A stretch of DNA of 60,626 bases, the filler included, from Stramenopiles sp. TOSAG23-3 (lineage: Eukaryota): assembly GCA_900128585.1 (NCBI GenBank). It is 12 parts of 12 records of this genome, joined end to end, with 100 filler letters (N's around TTAATTAATTAA, not from the genome) between each part and the next. Parts side by side here need not be neighbours in the genome. Positions count along the whole stretch, not along the records: positions 50,633 to 55,583 come from LT643657.1; positions 55,684 to 60,626 come from LT643658.1; 10 more parts are not named here. The stretch is one strand, 5' to 3'. Under the pieces are notes generated by a model. It searched no databases. It was not told the DNA's origin and saw only the letters and a list, made by a program, of their open reading frames with translations. Below, in pieces: positions 54,967 to 60,626 of the stretch; position 1 is the first letter of the stretch, and each line of letters begins with the position of its first letter. A program made the translations under genes and the position numbers.

Positions 54967-55583
54967 TTATTCGTCATCTGACGAATCATATAGTTTCACA
55001 GAAGAAGGCGTGTTCCCGTTTTTTTTGTCCCTGTCCATTACTGCGTCCACGTCAATTAGCAAAGACAGCAAAGATTGGTCGTTTGATGAATTGTGAAAAG
55101 TGTCAGCGTGGCTCATTGCCCTCATTTTCGCGGCAAGTAAGTAAAAGGAGTGCGCAAATGCGCTCCTAACATGCTGAAATCTATACGAGTTCTTCGCAAG
55201 ATCGTCATCTGGCGACTCGGGGTTTTCGATGGAAAGCATGTTTGGCCTATCCGGTCTGTACCAACCTTGTTTTTCCTTCTTATTAAATAGCTTTCCTTGC
55301 CCTCGAACCGACAGGCCTACAAGCGGGTAATTCAATTTTGTGCCGAAGAACTCCAAAAACTGCAGCAACATAGAACCGAGGTCTAGGGGCAGTTCGTTTT
55401 CCCACTGTTTCCGCATTTTCTTTATAAGCCATTTGGCACGTTTCCTTTCTCCAGATGAGCTCAGATTTTCGCCAGCAGAATACTGTGACGTAACTGATTC
55501 TTCTTCCATATACCGCTTGTGCCACAGCTCTCGAGCATGATACTGAATGGAGGCAATGCACATGATTTGGAGCATGAAAGATC
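54967..55583 (-). CDS. TENT4: Non-canonical poly(A) polymerase TENT4/PAPD5/Trf4-like, C-terminal PAP-associated domain (5'-truncated)
   Basis: LGSMLLQFLEFFG..LNY..VGLSV and MLSIENP..P.DDLAKNSY.F..VR.AF. Confidence 0.85.
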
Positions 55584-55944
55584 NNNNNNNNNNNNNNNNN
55601 NNNNNNNNNNNNNNNNNNNNNNNNNNNTTAATTAATTAANNNNNNNNNNNNNNNNNNNNNNNNNNNNNNNNNNNNNNNNNNNNCCCCCCCCCCCCCCGTG
55701 AATAATATTTATAATACATAATAATACTTGGTACAACAACCCGACGAAGAAGGAACGAGGAGGAGTAAGGCACTTCTTGGTAGAAGGAGAACTATTACAT
55801 TTTAACGTACATTTAAAACGCACATGACGTCAAGCAAATTATGTATGCCTGTCCTCATTTTTGGACTAAGAGTCATAGAATATCGTTCTGGTATTTAACC
55901 GTGCAACCGTACGTATTATTCTCCTGGTGCGTTGAAGTTAACGT

Positions 55945-57222
55945 ATGGAGGGCCTGTCGTTTTCGCAAAAAGACTTCGTCGCCGATTTGGCGGCTATCTC
56001 AAAGGTGAAGAACTTTGAGCCTTCCTTTGGGGTAGACGTTGATAAATTTTTGAGTGGCGATTTCGATAATATATTTGACGAAGAGACGCAGGTCGAGGCT
56101 CTATCGAATGCCTACGCATCCTTTGTTTCCTCGAGGAATGTTTTTGACCACCTACACGAACGAGCTTTAGTCGAATTGTCGAACCGTTTCAGCAAAATTA
56201 TTAACTTGTACAAAACTGTTAGCCCGCTCGATGGGGGGAGCGAAAAGGCCTTGCTTGCCCAAGAGGAAATACGCCGTCAAACCACCGAAAACGTAAACCT
56301 GGCGAAAGAGAGGCACCGACCCGTGGAACAGCAGCTCGCTGCCCTGGCTGGTGATTTTGCCTGCCGTCTGGTGCCGGCTGGTAAGGAAGCCACGTTTGTT
56401 CTCCAAGAATTCGAGACGTTTTCGAACACACTTAACGAAAGCATTACCAAGCGGGATTACTTGGACTGTTTTGTTTCCCACATGTACGATGTCAGTTTTT
56501 CGGTCCCTGTAGACTACATTCGGCAGCTTTCTGGCTCCCCGTCCAGTTCATTGAATTCAGCGTACGCTACAAGCATGCAAATGCAGAAAGACGTCGAGAG
56601 GGACAAATTTTTGATTAACGGGATTTTGTACAAAGGCTCGAAGAATGGCTACTTAGGAATCTGGAACGCGGTGCAGAAGGCAATACTGTCAGCACACGAG
56701 CAGCAGCACGCAACACCGGCTCAGCTCGCAGATTCGCATCATCGCCCATCGTCTCCTGGTGCCGTTGCGACGCAGGCTGAAGAAAGGGTCAGCGGCTTGA
56801 AGCCGTTTGAAAAACTGTCGCATTCCGAAATTAATGGTTTCGTAGGCAACGTTCTGCACGCAGTAAACCGGACCCAAAGCGGTGGGGATACCTTTGATTT
56901 GCTCAACACAACATTCGGAAGCAGCGGGATCGCGATGTTGGTTCCGAATTCAAAGACCGCTTCCCCATTGAAAATCGATATTGATTGCGGTGCATTTAAA
57001 GAAGAAGATTTTCGCTGGAGTTATGGAGTTCGTGCCCGTGTTATAGCACCTCTGACGTTTAATATTTGTGACATCAACCCGGAAACTGAAGAAGACGCAG
57101 TCTGGGCAAACGTCACAGGGTTTTTTGAGCGGCTTCTTGTCTTGCCGCTGTGTGGCCCGGCGGAGTATGATCGTGGCCTAACGGACACGGGAAGCATCAA
57201 CATTGAAATGGGTATGGATTGA
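55945..57222 (+). CDS. Hypothetical protein
   Basis: 425-aa ORF with ATG start and coding composition; QMQKDVERDKFLING segment, but no family recognised. Confidence 0.75.
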   Translation: MEGLSFSQKDFVADLAAISKVKNFEPSFGVDVDKFLSGDFDNIFDEETQVEALSNAYASFVSSRNVFDHLHERALVELSNRFSKIINLYKTVSPLDGGSEKALLAQEEIRRQTTENVNLAKERHRPVEQQLAALAGDFACRLVPAGKEATFVLQEFETFSNTLNESITKRDYLDCFVSHMYDVSFSVPVDYIRQLSGSPSSSLNSAYATSMQMQKDVERDKFLINGILYKGSKNGYLGIWNAVQKAILSAHEQQHATPAQLADSHHRPSSPGAVATQAEERVSGLKPFEKLSHSEINGFVGNVLHAVNRTQSGGDTFDLLNTTFGSSGIAMLVPNSKTASPLKIDIDCGAFKEEDFRWSYGVRARVIAPLTFNICDINPETEEDAVWANVTGFFERLLVLPLCGPAEYDRGLTDTGSINIEMGMD

Positions 57223-57717
57223 ATGCGCTTCTCTTCGCACAACGTAAATGTAGAATGTGTGTGGTGTGCGTATGACAATGTATTGCAACACTATAAACAG
57301 AACATAAGAGAACTTTAGAAAAAAAACATTTTTGCACCATTCGGTACTTTACTCCAGAATTTTGAAAATAAGAATCACAGAAGGAGAACGAAGTAATTCA
57401 AAAAAACAAGAAAATTGGCTGTTATTTAGTAATTCAAAAACGAAAATTGTTTTTATTTAAAGTTACATGACTACTGAAATTTCCAATTCATCCCTCCTTG
57501 CAAATACTAAAAAAGTATAAAGCATACTAATATAATTGGTTTTTAAAATTTGTTTGCTGCCCTCACTAAAGTTAATTACACTTTTCTTGTACGAATCATA
57601 CTGGGATTTGTTATTCTGCTCCAGAAAACCTCTCTCAAGTATTCTATTTTGCTCACTATCCTTCAGTCTTCACTATCTTCCTCGTGTGAACTCCATTCGT
57701 GGTTGCTTCGAAGCGTT

Positions 57718-58344
57718 TTATAATTTTTCGCATTCTTTGGAAGTCCAATCCACCGTCTTCATATTTTTAGCATCCCACTGAACGCCTTCTTTTTTTGCCT
57801 CAGCTTGCATGGCCTGCAACACGGAGGGGTCTTCCATCTTGTTCCGTGTGGCAATAACAATTTCCTGAACTAAGATATCTAACTTGACCGTGCATGAGTG
57901 CATTATGAGTTTGTCGTATACATTAGTGGTGGCGTTCAAAGTTGCGTCAACTATAACTGTGGGGAACAACAAAAGCTTTGAGCCTGGCATTTTGGCCCGT
58001 TTAATATAATACCCGAGGTTGGCTTCCGAAGCGTTGGCTGGAGGGTTGTAAATTTCAGTGATAGTAAACGGCAGTGGGCCGTACTGAACCGAAAAATCCA
58101 TGTTCAGAACTTTCGTGGCATCAAAATACGTTCCATTCAGTCTTTGGCAAGTAGACCCTACTTGGGCTATGTCAATATAATTGTGTTCGTACCATAACCC
58201 TTCCATGAATTTCGGGTTAAAGGAAGACTTTACGTAGTCAGAACGTTCACTAAGCAAGTCAGGGCAAGTGGTACCTTCCGAAATGCGCACTGCAAGAACG
58301 ACAAGTACAGCCACCGCAGAAGCGGCGCTAGATAGGAACTTCAT
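57718..58344 (-). CDS. Secreted lipocalin (apolipoprotein D-like)
   Basis: Signal peptide from the ATG at 58344; C-P...FNPKFMEGLWYE (SCR1 GxW), paired Cys, IVIATR (SCR3). Confidence 0.85.
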   Translation of the reverse strand: MKFLSSAASAVAVLVVLAVRISEGTTCPDLLSERSDYVKSSFNPKFMEGLWYEHNYIDIAQVGSTCQRLNGTYFDATKVLNMDFSVQYGPLPFTITEIYNPPANASEANLGYYIKRAKMPGSKLLLFPTVIVDATLNATTNVYDKLIMHSCTVKLDILVQEIVIATRNKMEDPSVLQAMQAEAKKEGVQWDAKNMKTVDWTSKECEKL

Positions 58345-59083
58345 TTTAATCAATCGATTTGTTCGTTCTTATACAACAATAAGGTGTTGCGTGTAAATTA
58401 ATTATCTAGTCTTCCTTCTTACAAATTGATCATCCTGTTTTCACTTTTTATTTCTCTAAATTTTTTCTGTTTGGTGTTTCATATCTTGTCAATCAAACCC
58501 TCTTCTTCTTTTCTTTCTTCCTTGTACGTACCTCCTCCTTCTTCGTACTTCTTGGTACCTCGTACCTCTTTTAATAACACCCCTTCCATCATTCCTCCTC
58601 CTGTGTAGATGGTGGGTGGTGGGATTTTTGGATTATTTATTTTGTGGTTCGTTGGTGACTTATGGTTTTGTTGTTGTTGATGATTGAGAAGAAGATTTTT
58701 TTATTTTTTTTTAATTCGATTATTAGTTATTAGACAATGTTGTACTTGGTAATATAATTATTCGATTATGAAGTATTACGAGGACAGCAGAGTAGCAGAG
58801 TTCGATTGTTCGATTTGTTCATTTTCTTTATACTAAAATAATATTATAAATACACTTTTTATTATTAGAATATTAAATTAGAATAGTAAAATATGTGCTT
58901 TTATTAGACTATTATTATTGGCAATTATTATTATTCTGATCATTATACTTTCTTCTCACGATTTTTTGAGTGGTGTGAAATATTTATTATATTTGCCCCT
59001 TGTACATTTTCACGACGACAAGCACCGCTGCTGTAAAATTGGATCGTATCACTGTAAAGTATTTCATCATCTATAAAACTCTA

Positions 59084-60079
59084 TTATTTTGTCTTTGATG
59101 GCGCAGAAACGTTTTCGTGAGACTCTTGATAGGATTGCAGCGCAGAACGCCACAACAACGCAGGGAAGAAGCAGACGTGGGACCACTCGAACGCCAGCTT
59201 TTTCGCGCGACCATATTTTTTGTTTCCCTCGAGGCTGACTAAAGTTGCCCTTTGTTTCGTGACATCGTGAGCGCGTCCCTGCATCGACATTGCAACCATC
59301 GCGACCGAGTAGTAGATCAGAGTCTCAGATTCGATCAACTCCGCTGCAGAGCGAACCACGAAGATACCACATAGCACCCCTGGCAGCAATGGTTTCGGTG
59401 ACGCTGAAATTGCTGCCATTAGGCCGATCACCGCGTAAAAGATGGTGTCTGCTTCTGCAGAAAAATGGCCGCGATACCCGAGCCAAGTTACGCCCAACCG
59501 GGCGCTAATAACGAGGGCAAAGGTTCCTATGGTTCCTCCCACATCCATACCAACCCCTTTCAGTGATCTGCGGTATGTCTTGCGGCCAGAAACACGGTCT
59601 ACAAAGAGAGAGCACAAGACCATCACGAGGAGAAACGCTGCCATGGCGCCGATTTCAAGCGTTCGCGCAGGGATATGGGGTGTTGCGATATACGCTGCGC
59701 ACATGCTTATAGTGGATAAAATCGTACTAATTGGGGGGCTTCCCTTCGAGTGGGCCGATACTAGCGTTAGTATCCACAAGAACACCGTTGCCGCAGTAAA
59801 CCATCGAATCTGCTGCACACCGTTCCAAACAGGTACCTGAAACGAGAACAAGGCATCCACACGTCCCAACAGCGCAAAATTGCCGACCAGTTGAAAAAAA
59901 AGGCAGACGAAGTGCAGCATCAAATTGAGCGGATCGGAGTGGTCGCGCCGAAAGTGCCGGTACGCGGTATCGTAACCATCTCCAAAAAACAACAAAAGTA
60001 CTGGTTTCCAGGGGTAGAAGAAAAAAGCCCCTGGCGTGTAGAGGGCACACGAAGAGAACGAGTTCACAACAAACTCCAT
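59084..60079 (-). CDS. Multi-pass membrane protein, Mpo1/DUF962-like (His-motif fatty-acid dioxygenase family)
   Basis: Y..F...HSDPLNLMLH near the N-terminus, later Q..AH and FE motifs; many TM segments. Confidence 0.65.
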   Translation of the reverse strand: MEFVVNSFSSCALYTPGAFFFYPWKPVLLLFFGDGYDTAYRHFRRDHSDPLNLMLHFVCLFFQLVGNFALLGRVDALFSFQVPVWNGVQQIRWFTAATVFLWILTLVSAHSKGSPPISTILSTISMCAAYIATPHIPARTLEIGAMAAFLLVMVLCSLFVDRVSGRKTYRRSLKGVGMDVGGTIGTFALVISARLGVTWLGYRGHFSAEADTIFYAVIGLMAAISASPKPLLPGVLCGIFVVRSAAELIESETLIYYSVAMVAMSMQGRAHDVTKQRATLVSLEGNKKYGRAKKLAFEWSHVCFFPALLWRSALQSYQESHENVSAPSKTK

Positions 60080-60358
60080 TGTTGCATTCGTATATTTCTC
60101 TTAACCGTTGTACCTCCACGTTCAGTTTTAGTGCAAACCTGGTTGATATTGTTGAGTTTACGAAAGAGTTACTTACGTTAATTTCTTCCTCCTCTTTGGG
60201 GGGGATTCTTATTTAAGTCTTATTCTTTGTTCAACAAAGTACGACATTTTGTTGCTGCTGGATATTATTTATTAAAAAATAATACTACTACCGCCGTTTT
60301 TTTTTTTCAAATAATAATAATATTATTATATAATATTTATTATAAATTATTATTATTA

Positions 60359-60626
60359 AGAAGAAGAGAAGAAGAAGGAAGAAGAAGAAGAAGGAAGAAG
60401 AAGAAAGAAGAAGGAAGAAGAAGAGAAGAAAAAAAGAAAAAAGAAGAAAGAAGAAAGAAGAAGGAGAAGAAGAAGAAGAAGAAGAAGAAGAAGAAGGAAG
60501 AAGAAGAAGAAAGAAGAAAGAGAAAGAAGAAAGAAGAAAGAAGAAAGAGAAGAAGAAGAAGAAGAAGAAGAAGAAGAAGAAGAAGAAGAAGAAGAAGAAG
60601 AAGAAGAAGAAAGAAGAAAGAAGAAA
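60359..60626. repeat. (GAA)n microsatellite at contig end
   Basis: Seen directly. Confidence 0.95.

Noticed and set aside
869-60079. Lipid-handling gene cluster (ependymin-like, two lipocalin domains, DUF1295, P450, Mpo1)
   Set aside because: Most of these genes sit on different contigs joined artificially; only the ependymin-like/DUF1295 and lipocalin/Mpo1 pairs are truly adjacent.

Overview
This window is not one locus. It is 12 unlinked contigs of about 5 kb (4977 bp falling to 4943 bp, in decreasing-length order) joined by an artificial 100-bp linker, N44-TTAATTAATTAA-N44, so gene adjacency across linkers is meaningless. The DNA is eukaryotic: COG4, a MYST acetyltransferase, HSF, HAUS6, TENT4/Trf4 and TMEM145 are recognisable. 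Long ORFs appear intron-free and are separated by very AT-rich, GAA/GAAA-microsatellite-rich spacers. A protist, possibly a stramenopile MAG/SAG, is my inference and is not proven. About 22 real CDSs are present, several cut by contig ends. No rRNA, tRNA, CRISPR or transposase was recognised. Most notable: (1) a candidate SMCHD1/GMI1-like protein (Ig-like repeats plus SMC hinge); (2) a Frizzled-CRD + multi-TM + LRR receptor-like protein; (3) a giant membrane protein with PKD-like and Cys-rich ectodomains separated by an internal signal-peptide-like segment; (4) a conserved ~26-bp non-coding element between convergent genes on three unlinked contigs; (5) a modular direct/inverted repeat array upstream of HSF; (6) unusual fusions (DUF1295-lipocalin, CAP-Gly-FAM221, BART-ZnF-UIM-96-aa repeats, tandem ependymin-like); (7) a frame-disrupted MYST gene repairable by a homopolymer indel or a 20-nt micro-intron. 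All family calls come from motif recognition by eye, not database searches.
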